This document shows, piece by piece, positions 8,587-16,723 of a stretch of DNA of 63,506 bases. The stretch spans positions 1 to 63,506 of the forward strand of contig MWCM01000006.1 in the NCBI GenBank assembly GCA_002070055.1. The letters run 5' to 3'. The position numbers were made by a program, and so were the translations under genes. The first letter of the stretch is position 1; every line of letters starts with the position of its first letter. The notes under the pieces were generated by a model. That model worked only from the letters and a program-made list of their open reading frames with translations. It had not been told where the DNA came from and made no database searches. This DNA comes from a bacterium ADurb.Bin212. GTDB lineage: Bacteria > Patescibacteriota > UBA1384 > XYA2-FULL-43-10.

Positions 8587-8760
8587 TCAGTTCAGGTTGT
8601 GGCTGTCGACGCCGGGATTGAGGCACTCCATACACTCGTCACAGTTCGTTGGCCTACCCCTTTCGTCGGCGTTGGGGCAGCTTGGTCTTAGTATGGCGCA
8701 TCTCAGGACGACGACGATGTCAAAGAAAGTCCTTACGATAGCGCAAGCTTTTTGCAGCAT
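8587..8760 (-). CDS. Candidate 57-aa Cys-rich small ORF in a GC-rich island (alternatively a structured RNA)
   Basis: Minus-strand ATG at 8758-8760, with AAGGAGG 12 nt upstream. Translation: MLQKACAIVRTFFDIVVVLRCAILRPSCPNADERGRPTNCDECMECLNPGVDSHNLN* (6 Cys). It sits 47 nt downstream of the Mur-ligase stop. Local GC is far above the neighbours, so an open frame is weak evidence on its own. Confidence 0.3.
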   Translation of the reverse strand: MLQKACAIVRTFFDIVVVLRCAILRPSCPNADERGRPTNCDECMECLNPGVDSHNLN

Positions 8761-8807
8761 GGTGAGACATCACCTCCTTATTCGAGCACAGATTAAGACT
8801 TACAAAC

Positions 8808-10130
8808 TTAAGCCTTAAATCTTTGTTCGAGTTCTTTTTTTACGATCTTTCTGTCTGAAAATGGCACAAATTCGTGTAGCCCGACAGCCATGACCTCTTC
8901 GGCACCTTTACCGGTAATTATTACCACGTCATCCTTTTTAGCTTCACGAATCGCTTTTTTAATGGCCTGTTCACGATCAATCACTTTCCAATAATTTCTG
9001 TTTAATCTCCATTGATGTTTATTGCCTCCGCGGTGTATGCCCTCTGCTACCTCTTCCATGATTGTTAAAGGGTCTTCATCATAAGGATCCTCGTCTGTAA
9101 ATACTACTAAGTCGGCGTAACCACCGGCGAGTGCTCCCATAATTGGGCGCTTGGTTTTGTCGCGACGTCCTGTTGCGCCAAGTACGGCAATCATTCGTCC
9201 ACCACTCTTTTTGAGTCCATCTTTTATCGTTTCATATACATTTTTTAGAGAGTCAGGGTTATGTGCATAATCTACAATAACTGTAAAATCTTGTTTTTGG
9301 GAAACCCTAACTGATTCCATTCTGCCGGCAATACTTAAAATATTTTCCAGCCCCTGTTTGATAATATTGGGGTCGATCTCCAAGGCAACGCCAACACAAA
9401 AGGTAGCAAGGGCATTTAAGATATTAAATATGCCAGGCAGATTTAGATTAATTGTAATTTGCCCGTTGTCGTAAGCGGCTGTAAAGGTAGAGGAGTCAGG
9501 AGCGGTTAAAATCTTTCTGGCAACCGCGCCATGTTCCGGAGGATTCTTGACTGAATATAAGAACTTCTCCTTGCCAGGCACGGAGTAGAATTTGTTCCAG
9601 TTGGCGTCATCTCTGTTTATTATAAAAATAGCCTGCGGATGATCTTTAAAAACTTTTAACTTTGCATTTAAATAGTTCTCTTTGGTTTTATGGTATTCCA
9701 TGTGCTCGTGAGAGAGATTGGTGTAAACTAAAATATCGTAGTTTATACCGTGGATGCGGTTTTGATCTATGGCCTGGGAGGTGGTTTCAATTATGGCGTA
9801 TTCGCAACCTTCAATCACCGCTTGTTTCAAAAATCTTTGCAGAACGTTAGATGGAGGAGTGGTTACCCACTTATCTTTGGTGGTGTGGGGGATGATTTTT
9901 TCACCAAACTTGGTGTTAATGGTGGTTTCCATGGCGTTTTTAATGCCTGCGGCATCCAAAACACTGGCGATCATATTGCAAACTGTAGTTTTGCCTTTAG
10001 TACCGGTAACACCAATTACTTTTATTTTTCGGCTTGGTTTACCGTATTTTAAAACTGCCAAATTGGCCTCAACTTTGTGAAGCTTATTTTTAGTCTCTTG
10101 GGATAAAATTTTTGATAAGTATTTTTTCAT
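8808..10130 (-). CDS. Mur ligase family protein, MurE-like, apparently lacking the usual N-terminal domain
   Basis: P-loop VIGVTGTKGKTT. Also TNLSHEHMEYH, DYAHNPDS and VLGATGRRDKTKRP...VVFTDEDPYDEDP, as in MurE-type ligases. Only about 35 residues precede the P-loop. 440 aa. Confidence 0.85.
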   Translation of the reverse strand: MKKYLSKILSQETKNKLHKVEANLAVLKYGKPSRKIKVIGVTGTKGKTTVCNMIASVLDAAGIKNAMETTINTKFGEKIIPHTTKDKWVTTPPSNVLQRFLKQAVIEGCEYAIIETTSQAIDQNRIHGINYDILVYTNLSHEHMEYHKTKENYLNAKLKVFKDHPQAIFIINRDDANWNKFYSVPGKEKFLYSVKNPPEHGAVARKILTAPDSSTFTAAYDNGQITINLNLPGIFNILNALATFCVGVALEIDPNIIKQGLENILSIAGRMESVRVSQKQDFTVIVDYAHNPDSLKNVYETIKDGLKKSGGRMIAVLGATGRRDKTKRPIMGALAGGYADLVVFTDEDPYDEDPLTIMEEVAEGIHRGGNKHQWRLNRNYWKVIDREQAIKKAIREAKKDDVVIITGKGAEEVMAVGLHEFVPFSDRKIVKKELEQRFKA

Positions 10131-11077
10131 TTCCTTCTGATTTTTTCTGCGATTTTAAATAGATTATACTCAAATGGCCGCAGTATTAAATCCCAACTTC
10201 CAGCCAACCGGATTTCTTGCCCGCCAAACTTCTTTTTAAAATCTGTCACCCCTCGCCATGGGTGATTGGGTTCATTGGGCGGGGCGATACCGAAAAAGTC
10301 ATATTCGGTGCAGCCTCGTGATTTTGCCTCGCGAATTGCTGTCCACTGCAAAAGGTAGGGAGCCATCAAATTCTTGTATTCGTCGCTTGAGCCGCCAAAC
10401 AGATATATTGCCTTGTCTTGGTAGAAAGAAATTATCACCGAAGCAATGGGGATTTGATTTGCCTTCTTGTCTTCCGCATCATTCTTTATTCTTAATTCGT
10501 TATTCTGTTTCACAACGGCAGTAAACACCTTACAATAGCCTTTTGTGCTCAGTATGTCAATTAATTTTTGGAAATAAGCTGAGTTGCGATGGCTGATATT
10601 GTGTCTCTGAGACATGCTGGAATAGAGCTTGAAAAAGTTCTTGGTGTCTTTTTCCTCGACAATATTGATCTGATTCTTTTGTGCGACTTTAATATTGTAG
10701 CGACCCTTTTGCTTCATTTGTTTAAGTATTTCGTCTTCTGGTTTACTTATATCCAGAACAAGTGTGTGTTCCGGTTGCATCTCCTCAAATGCTTTTTTAA
10801 AAAGTGAATGATGATTGATGAATGATGAATTATGGAGCGGGACATCGAGCTCTAGCCTATAAAATATTGACCTATTATCACGAGCTATATCTTTAATTTG
10901 TTCCAAAAATCTGTTATTCATTATTCGTTCTTCGTTATTCACCATGGGGCTATACAGCATGTTTCTCCCCATGGGTAGACTTTTTTGTAACACCAAAATA
11001 TCATTGATACGATATGACTTTTGATATCCGGTGGCCAATTTAAAAGCTTCCCACTCGGGGCTTTGGAATAAATTCAT
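10127..11077 (-). CDS. FemAB/FemX-family peptidoglycan interpeptide-bridge aminoacyltransferase
   Basis: N-terminal FQSPEWEAFK, C-terminal GVTDFKKKFGG and the overall length (316 aa) are typical of the FemAB family. A 4-nt overlap couples it to the Mur ligase. Confidence 0.8.
   Translation of the reverse strand: MNLFQSPEWEAFKLATGYQKSYRINDILVLQKSLPMGRNMLYSPMVNNEERIMNNRFLEQIKDIARDNRSIFYRLELDVPLHNSSFINHHSLFKKAFEEMQPEHTLVLDISKPEDEILKQMKQKGRYNIKVAQKNQINIVEEKDTKNFFKLYSSMSQRHNISHRNSAYFQKLIDILSTKGYCKVFTAVVKQNNELRIKNDAEDKKANQIPIASVIISFYQDKAIYLFGGSSDEYKNLMAPYLLQWTAIREAKSRGCTEYDFFGIAPPNEPNHPWRGVTDFKKKFGGQEIRLAGSWDLILRPFEYNLFKIAEKIRRK
10481..10508 (-). repeat. Heptad-periodic run inside femX-like gene
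   Basis: Plus strand: attcttt attctta attcgtt attctgt. The sense strand encodes NNELRIKND and contains the 13-mer GAATTAAGAATAA, shared with 56414-56426 and 61920-61932. Confidence 0.85.
10805..10832 (-). repeat. Heptad tandem repeat (TGAATGA-like x4) inside femX-like gene
   Basis: tgaatga tgattga tgaatga tgaatta. The sense strand encodes NSSFINHHS. Confidence 0.9.
10914..10941 (-). repeat. Heptad tandem repeat (TTATTCA-like x4) inside femX-like gene
   Basis: ttattca ttattcg ttcttcg ttattca. The sense strand encodes NNEERIMNN. Confidence 0.9.
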
Positions 11078-11100
11078 GAGTTCATTTTAACAAATTTATC

Positions 11101-11141
11101 GTGAAAAGAGAAAGGCCGCCACGGTGGCACCGAGGCGGCCT
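11101..11141 (-). terminator. Rho-independent terminator after the 69-aa ORF
   Basis: AGGCCGCC (11113-11120) pairs with GGCGGCCT (11134-11141). On the minus strand it is followed by TTCTCTTTTCAC. Confidence 0.6.
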
Positions 11142-11169
11142 CCTGCTCCCTGAGCGGCTATGCGTGATG

Positions 11170-11379
11170 TTAATGGCGTGGTGCGAACAGTGGAACGTTC
11201 GGCGGCAGGTTGTGGCGTGTCTTGTTGTGCTCGAAGACTATGCAGGTTCCATCTTGGCATTGTTGGTAGAACCGGCAGTCCGTTGGCACATCTCCCAACA
11301 TGACCGTGACCGAATCGCCGCAGACTATATCTTTTGCGTCGAGCGGGTCGCCCATACCCAATCCAGTAGCTTCGCTCAT
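11170..11379 (-). CDS. Candidate 69-aa Cys-containing small protein in a GC-rich island
   Basis: AGGAGGA plus a 6-nt spacer plus ATG. Translation: MSEATGLGMGDPLDAKDIVCGDSVTVMLGDVPTDCRFYQQCQDGTCIVFEHNKTRHNLPPNVPLFAPRH. It has its own terminator. About 55-60% GC against the AT-rich flanks. Confidence 0.45.
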   Translation of the reverse strand: MSEATGLGMGDPLDAKDIVCGDSVTVMLGDVPTDCRFYQQCQDGTCIVFEHNKTRHNLPPNVPLFAPRH

Positions 11380-11479
11380 TGTGTTTCCTCCTCTCTGGGA
11401 GAGATCTGTTTCTGTCCTTATTTTAATAACAGTTTAAGAAATAGAAAAGTGGATAAATTTGTGTTAGAATTCGTTAGTT

Positions 11480-12679
11480 ATGAAATATGAACATAATGAT
11501 CAAATTAAAATACTTGCTATCGAAACTTCGTGCGATGAAACCAGCGTGGCGGTTATTGGTGTAGAAAATGGAAATCCAGTGATTTTGTCGAATGTTGTAA
11601 GCTCACAAATTGATTTACACGCAAAAACGGGCGGGGTGGTGCCGGAAGTTGCTTCGCGTGCGCACATGGAGGCAATGATACCTGTAATTAAAGAAGCCCT
11701 ATTAAGGGCTAATTCAAAATTTAAAATTCAAAATTTAAAATTCAATGAAAATTCTAAATTAGAAATTGAAAATTCTCTTAAAGAGATAACACATGTTGCG
11801 GTGACGGCTGGACCGGGTTTGATTGGTTCACTGCTTGTTGGATTTAACACTGCAAAATCGCTTGCCTACGCGCTGGATCTCCCGATTATTCCGGTAAATC
11901 ATATCGAAGGACATATATACTCGGCATTAGCTGAGAAATTTTCAATTTTCAATTTTCAATTTTCAAATAAATCACATATTCAAAATTCAAGATCTGTTAC
12001 CTGCAACCTATCACCCGCAACCTTTCCCATTTTAGCCCTTACGGTTTCTGGAGGACATACATCGCTGACATTAGTCCACAATCATGGTGAATACGAAAAC
12101 ATCGGGCAAACTTTGGATGATGCGGCGGGGGAGGCTTTTGATAAAGTGGCGAAACTACTGGGGCTCGGTTACCCTGGTGGCCCGGAAGTATCAAAAATTG
12201 CAAAACAGTATCGAAATACAAAAAATGGTGATGATACTATTGAACTGCCACTACCCTTGTCTAGAGATAATTCCTGTAATTTTTCATTCTCCGGATTGAA
12301 AACGGCAGTCATAAATGTTTGGCGGAAAGCGGAGGAAGAATATGAAAATCAGCCGGAAAAAATTGAGGAATTTAAAGCTGAGTTGGCGGCAAAGTTCGAG
12401 GAAACTGCGATCGCCCACTTAATCGATAAAACGCTAAAAGCGTTGAGGGCAACTGGTGCTAAGAATGTTGTACTAGCCGGAGGCGTTTCGGCAAACAATT
12501 ATTTAAGAGAGAATATGCAAAAAGAGTTGAAAGGCTTGGGTGTTGCGTTGTTAATGCCACCAATGGAATTGTGTGGCGATAATGCCGCTATGATTGGGCT
12601 AGCCGCTTATTATCATATTATTAGGGAAAACGTCTCAAATTGGCATGAGATCAAGATAGATTCCAATTTCAGGCTATAG
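11480..12679 (+). CDS. tsaD: tRNA N6-adenosine threonylcarbamoyltransferase TsaD (Kae1/Gcp family) with two heptad-repeat insertions
   Basis: ILAIETSCDETS, NHIEGH metal motif, VSGGHTSL, GYPGGP, LAGGVSAN and CGDNAAMIG. Confidence 0.92.
   Translation: MKYEHNDQIKILAIETSCDETSVAVIGVENGNPVILSNVVSSQIDLHAKTGGVVPEVASRAHMEAMIPVIKEALLRANSKFKIQNLKFNENSKLEIENSLKEITHVAVTAGPGLIGSLLVGFNTAKSLAYALDLPIIPVNHIEGHIYSALAEKFSIFNFQFSNKSHIQNSRSVTCNLSPATFPILALTVSGGHTSLTLVHNHGEYENIGQTLDDAAGEAFDKVAKLLGLGYPGGPEVSKIAKQYRNTKNGDDTIELPLPLSRDNSCNFSFSGLKTAVINVWRKAEEEYENQPEKIEEFKAELAAKFEETAIAHLIDKTLKALRATGAKNVVLAGGVSANNYLRENMQKELKGLGVALLMPPMELCGDNAAMIGLAAYYHIIRENVSNWHEIKIDSNFRL
11711..11780 (+). repeat. Ten consecutive heptads in-frame in tsaD (insertion 1)
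   Basis: aattcaa aatttaa aattcaa aatttaa aattcaa tgaaaat tctaaat tagaaat tgaaaat tctctta. Encodes NSKFKIQNLKFNENSKLEIENSL. Confidence 0.9.
11937..12027 (+). repeat. Thirteen consecutive heptads in-frame in tsaD (insertion 2)
   Basis: aattttc x4, then aaataaa tcacata ttcaaaa ttcaaga tctgtta cctgcaa cctatca cccgcaa cctttcc. Encodes FSIFNFQFSNKSHIQNSRSVTCNLSPAT, lying between the HIEGH and SGGHT motifs. Confidence 0.9.
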
Positions 12680-12687
12680 TTTGTATA

Positions 12688-14139
12688 CTAGTATGCTGGG
12701 CCCAGATTTCCTCCGCCAACAAACTGCCAGTTATATCTTTCGCTGGAGTTTGCTCCAAGGAATTTCATGGCCGTAGGGCTGATATCTAGGCCTGCAGCAT
12801 TAGAACCTTGATCTTCACAGCCTCCAAGATTGACTCCGCTTTCAACAGACGGCCTATTTGGCCCACATACATAATCAGCATCTTTTATATTGCAAGGGCC
12901 GGAATCGACTACGGCTAAAATTACTGATTTGCCATTGTTTGGATTGGTAACTTTTATCTTCATACAATTTTTAATATCTCCTTTGCATTGAGAAGCAATT
13001 TGTGAATATGGCAGGGAAGCAAAGTATTGAGTTGGAGCGTTGCATCCGGTGCTGATACCGCTTGAACCAATACAGTTATCCCCGCTATCAGCACACTTGC
13101 CATTGCTGCCACACCCAGCAAAAGTGGTTGTGCGCACAGACGTGTGTAATATTTCTTTACAATTGCATACAAATGGGTCTTTAAGAGCTGTAAGACCTGA
13201 GTATGTAATTGGTGCAACTATCTTGAAATCTCTACTCTCGCTGGTAGGTATCAGTATGTCTGGGTTAATATCTTGTTTAACTAACGGGTCTGGAACAACA
13301 TAGGTCTTGATCGAAAAACCATTGATCCAGCTTTGGTATTTTTGTTCATCTGTAAGGCCAGAAAGGCTAAAATCAAATTTTATTTCAGTCGTCTTTAATA
13401 ATGAGTCTAAGGGCATATTTATTGTCTGCAGACTTTTTCCTGAAGTTGAGATACTGTTTGATGCCGACCAGTTTGAAGTAACCGCAAACACCTCGAACTT
13501 TACGGTAGCTTTTGGCACGGCAGTGCTATTCATGCCAATAGAGATATTTGAGACTCTTGATACTGGTATCGAAAATGTGGCAGAACTTGGTGCCTGTCTA
13601 TTCTTGAGTTGGTTAATCGAGATATTATTTCTTAAGTAGTGGACATCCCATTTACTTAAGTGATAAAAACCGTTGTATCCAGATTGATATTTAGAGCCAT
13701 TATAAATGCTGTGCATCAGATCTGTTTCTCGATCAATAAAAAAATTTGTCGAACTAGCAGGGCTTAACATTTTTGACATTAAAGAGCTTCCTGCGGCGGC
13801 CTTTACAATAAAACCACTAATTTTCTTGGCATTATATTTTTCACCTGATAGAAATACTGTGTAGCCACAAGGCAAGGGGTTGTTGACAGTGACACTATAA
13901 TTACCATTGGCGTCAGTGGTACTGGAAGATGAATCGCCCTTAGCGTCAACCAACATTACATTTACACCGGCTGCGGCCTTTCCGAATGAAGTGTTGTCCA
14001 AGCTTTCAAAAACCTTCCCTTTTATTACTACGCTAGTTGAGATCTCGTCTGCTCCAATAAAATTCAGCGACAGCAAAAGGGCAGTGACGGCTAAAGCAAC
14101 AATCAGAAAAATTGAAATTCTAATATTTTTTATTTTCAT
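12688..14139 (-). CDS. Secreted protein: carboxypeptidase-regulatory-like N-terminal domain plus Cys-rich C-terminal RlpA/expansin-like double-psi beta-barrel
   Basis: Start moved to the internal ATG (14137-14139), which has GAGGGG plus a 6-nt spacer. Signal/TM segment ISIFLIVALAVTALLLSL. GKVFE...AAAGVNVMLVD...TDANGNYSVTV. The C-terminal KVTNPNNGKSVILAVVDSGP...GLDISPTAMKFLG resembles the RlpA DPBB domain. Confidence 0.65.
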   Translation of the reverse strand: MKIKNIRISIFLIVALAVTALLLSLNFIGADEISTSVVIKGKVFESLDNTSFGKAAAGVNVMLVDAKGDSSSSTTDANGNYSVTVNNPLPCGYTVFLSGEKYNAKKISGFIVKAAAGSSLMSKMLSPASSTNFFIDRETDLMHSIYNGSKYQSGYNGFYHLSKWDVHYLRNNISINQLKNRQAPSSATFSIPVSRVSNISIGMNSTAVPKATVKFEVFAVTSNWSASNSISTSGKSLQTINMPLDSLLKTTEIKFDFSLSGLTDEQKYQSWINGFSIKTYVVPDPLVKQDINPDILIPTSESRDFKIVAPITYSGLTALKDPFVCNCKEILHTSVRTTTFAGCGSNGKCADSGDNCIGSSGISTGCNAPTQYFASLPYSQIASQCKGDIKNCMKIKVTNPNNGKSVILAVVDSGPCNIKDADYVCGPNRPSVESGVNLGGCEDQGSNAAGLDISPTAMKFLGANSSERYNWQFVGGGNLGPAY

Positions 14140-14253
14140 CTCTAACCCCTCATTAATACAATTTGTGAATAATTCTAACATATATTGTTTATTGCTACTA
14201 GATAAAAAACAGCTTTGATTCAAGTAATTTTTATGGTAATCTTATAAATAAAT

Positions 14254-16689
14254 ATGATGAAGAATATTAATAAAACTTGGGATCACAAGAAGCACGAAGC
14301 GAAGCTTTATGAAAACTGGGAGAAATCCGGCTATTTTAAGCCTGAAGTCAACATTGAGGAGACTACACGGACAAACACAGATAATGCAGAAGAGAAAGGG
14401 CTACTCGCTACTGACTACTCGCTACAAGCTAATAAAAACCCTTTCGTAATAGCTATACCGCCACCTAATGTCACGGGACAGCTTCATATTGGCCATGCAC
14501 TATTTGCAACTCTTCAAGATATAATGATCCGTTATCATCGTTTACAGGGCGAACCTTCGCTCTGGATCCCAGGCACAGACCACGCCGGCATTGCCACTCA
14601 AACCGTCGTAGACAAAATGCTTAAGAAACAGGGTATTAATCGTTTTGAAATTGGGCGAGAGAAGTTTTTAGAGCATGTTTGGAAATGGAAAGAGGAGTAC
14701 GGGGGCAAAATCAACCAGCAGTTGCGTGCTGTTGGTTCAAGTTGTGATTGGAGCCGTGAGCGGTTTACCTTAGATGATGGCTTGTCCCGTGCCGTTAATG
14801 AAGCTTTCGTTCATCTCTATAAAAAAGGACTAATTTATCGAGGTGAATATATCGTGAATTGGTGCCCAAAGTGTGGAACAGCTATTGCTGACGACGAAGT
14901 TGAATATACCGAGCAAAAAGGCAAGCTTTACTTCTTTAAATATGATAAGGACTTTCCTATATCAATAGCTACCACCCGCCCCGAAACGAAATTTGGTGAT
15001 GCAGCTGTGGCAGTAAATCCCAGCGACAAAAGATATAAAGAATTTATCGGAAAAAGCTACAATATCTGCCTGGATGGGGTCCAAAGGAATATTCAAATCA
15101 TCGCTGACAGATCGGTCGATTCCACTTTTGGAACGGGTGCAGTTGGTGTAACCCCGGCTCACTCAGCTGTAGACTGGCGAATGGGCGAGGAGCACGATTT
15201 ACCGCGCGTAAAGGTTATCAATGAGCGTGGCCGAATGACAGAAGAGGCCGGTGAAAAATATTCCGGACTCAAAACCGCAGAAGCAAGACAGAAGCTGGTT
15301 GAATACTTGCACTCTAATAATCTTTTGGAGAAGGAGGTGGAGCTCGATAATAATCTTTCGGTTTGTTATCGCTGTGCTACCGCAATTGAGCCGATTCCCA
15401 GTTTGCAGTGGTTTGTAAAAATGAAACCATTGGCAGAAAAGGCCAAAGAGGCGGTGGAGAGTAATCAGATAGAGATTATCCCTAAGCGCTTTGAAAAGGT
15501 TTATTACCATTGGATGGACAACATACGTGACTGGTGTATTAGCCGGCAGCTTTGGTGGGGACATCGAATACCAGTATGGTACCCGAAATCAAAAATCAAA
15601 AATCAAAGATCAAAAAGTGGAACTGATGATTCAGCTACTGACAACTATCAACTAGAAGCTAAAGATATTTATGTTGGCATAGAGCCACCTAAAGATATTG
15701 AAAATTGGATTCAGGATGAGGATGTACTGGATACATGGTTCTCTTCAGCACTTTGGCCATTTAGCACTCTTGGCTGGCCGGACGAGACAGCAGATTATAA
15801 AGCTTTCTACCCCAATACGGTTATGGAAACAGGTTATGACATTCTCTTTTTCTGGGTGGCACGGATGATAATGATGGGTTTGGAGCTAACTGATCAAGTG
15901 CCTTTTAAAACTGTTTACCTTCATGGCCTTGTGCGTGATGAGAAAAATCGCAAGATGAGTAAATCGTTGGGTAATGGCATAGATCCCTTAGAGGTAATTG
16001 ACAAATATGGCGCTGATGCCTTGCGTATGGCTTTGGTTGTGGGGTCTGCTCCTGGCCAAGATATACCGGTGGGAGAAAATAAAATCCGCGGTTATCGAAA
16101 TTTTTCCAACAAAATTTGGAATGCTTCGCGTTTTGTGGTTTTGCGTGTCTCTGAAGGAGACTTGCGAGAAGGGGAGATCGGAAAATTTGAAATCCAGGAT
16201 ATAGAATACAGTGAGAAATTATTGACTGAGGCAGATAAAGAGATACTGAAAAAACATCAGGAAGTTAAGGCTAAAGTCAAAAAATACCTAGATGAATTTA
16301 AATTTTCTTTGGCTGGCGAAACTCTTTACGAATACTTCTGGCATACCTTTTGCGATATTTATATCGAGCAGGCGAAAAGACAGTTGGAGACAGAAGAACA
16401 AAAAAACAAAGAAACTGAAAAACAAAAGAACAGTGGAACAGAAGGGCAGAAGGACATTGAAAATTTTGATATTGAGCATTCATTGAAAATTGAAAATTGT
16501 AAAATTGAAAATTCTAAACTTCCCCAAAACACTAAAAAAATTCTCATAAAAATCCTTTCAGAAAGTTTAGTGATGCTTCATCCTTTTGTGCCATATGTTA
16601 CTGAATCGGTTTGGCAGGAGCTAAGAGAGATATGTCCTACTCTCTCGGAGTCCATTATGATCTCAAAATGGCCCTCTGTTTCTGAATAA
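14254..16689 (+). CDS. valS: Valine--tRNA ligase with low-complexity insertions
   Basis: HIGH motif (PPPNVTGQLHIGHAL), KMSKS motif (RKMSKSLGNG), TTRPET, WCISRQLWWGHRIP and the ValRS-like N-terminus YENWEKSGYF. Confidence 0.95.
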   Translation: MMKNINKTWDHKKHEAKLYENWEKSGYFKPEVNIEETTRTNTDNAEEKGLLATDYSLQANKNPFVIAIPPPNVTGQLHIGHALFATLQDIMIRYHRLQGEPSLWIPGTDHAGIATQTVVDKMLKKQGINRFEIGREKFLEHVWKWKEEYGGKINQQLRAVGSSCDWSRERFTLDDGLSRAVNEAFVHLYKKGLIYRGEYIVNWCPKCGTAIADDEVEYTEQKGKLYFFKYDKDFPISIATTRPETKFGDAAVAVNPSDKRYKEFIGKSYNICLDGVQRNIQIIADRSVDSTFGTGAVGVTPAHSAVDWRMGEEHDLPRVKVINERGRMTEEAGEKYSGLKTAEARQKLVEYLHSNNLLEKEVELDNNLSVCYRCATAIEPIPSLQWFVKMKPLAEKAKEAVESNQIEIIPKRFEKVYYHWMDNIRDWCISRQLWWGHRIPVWYPKSKIKNQRSKSGTDDSATDNYQLEAKDIYVGIEPPKDIENWIQDEDVLDTWFSSALWPFSTLGWPDETADYKAFYPNTVMETGYDILFFWVARMIMMGLELTDQVPFKTVYLHGLVRDEKNRKMSKSLGNGIDPLEVIDKYGADALRMALVVGSAPGQDIPVGENKIRGYRNFSNKIWNASRFVVLRVSEGDLREGEIGKFEIQDIEYSEKLLTEADKEILKKHQEVKAKVKKYLDEFKFSLAGETLYEYFWHTFCDIYIEQAKRQLETEEQKNKETEKQKNSGTEGQKDIENFDIEHSLKIENCKIENSKLPQNTKKILIKILSESLVMLHPFVPYVTESVWQELREICPTLSESIMISKWPSVSE
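14401..14435 (+). repeat. Heptad tandem repeat (CTACTCG-like x5) in-frame near the valS N-terminus
   Basis: ctactcg ctactga ctactcg ctacaag ctaataa. Encodes LLATDYSLQANK, just upstream of the HIGH region. Confidence 0.9.
15588..15615 (+). repeat. Heptanucleotide repeat (ATCAAAA)x4, one variant unit, in-frame in valS
   Basis: atcaaaa atcaaaa atcaaag atcaaaa. Encodes KSKIKNQRSK. Same unit and same reading frame as 7690-7717. Confidence 0.95.
16456..16519 (+). repeat. Heptad-periodic run (TGAAAAT family) in-frame in the valS C-terminal region
   Basis: attgaaa attttga tattgag cattcat tgaaaat tgaaaat tgtaaaat tgaaaat tctaaac. Encodes IENFDIEHSLKIENCKIENSK. It is preceded by a CAGAAG-rich run at 16383-16455. 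Confidence 0.85.
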
Positions 16690-16723
16690 GGAATAGTGCA
16701 TTTTTTGCACACACTGGAATTTA

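Noticed and set aside
6894-8775. Idea that the tyrosine recombinase plus the adjacent GC-rich cassette with hairpin is an integron (IntI plus attC cassette)
   Set aside because: There is only a single cassette-like unit. I could not see the R''/R' (RYYYAAC/GTTRRRY) core sites in the hairpin. The recombinase looks like XerC/D with low-complexity inserts rather than IntI, and an independent small gene lies in between.
8558-8818. 86-aa plus-strand ORF in the GC-rich island, and 129-aa plus-strand ORF 11101..11490
   Set aside because: High GC keeps several frames open by chance. Neither has an SD, and both run antisense to ORFs that have strong SDs and terminators. 11101..11490 would also overlap the tsaD start.
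14224-14253. T-box or other leader upstream of valS, and riboswitches upstream of the sugar-nucleotide genes
   Set aside because: The intergenic spacers are only about 30 nt or the genes overlap, leaving no room for such structures.
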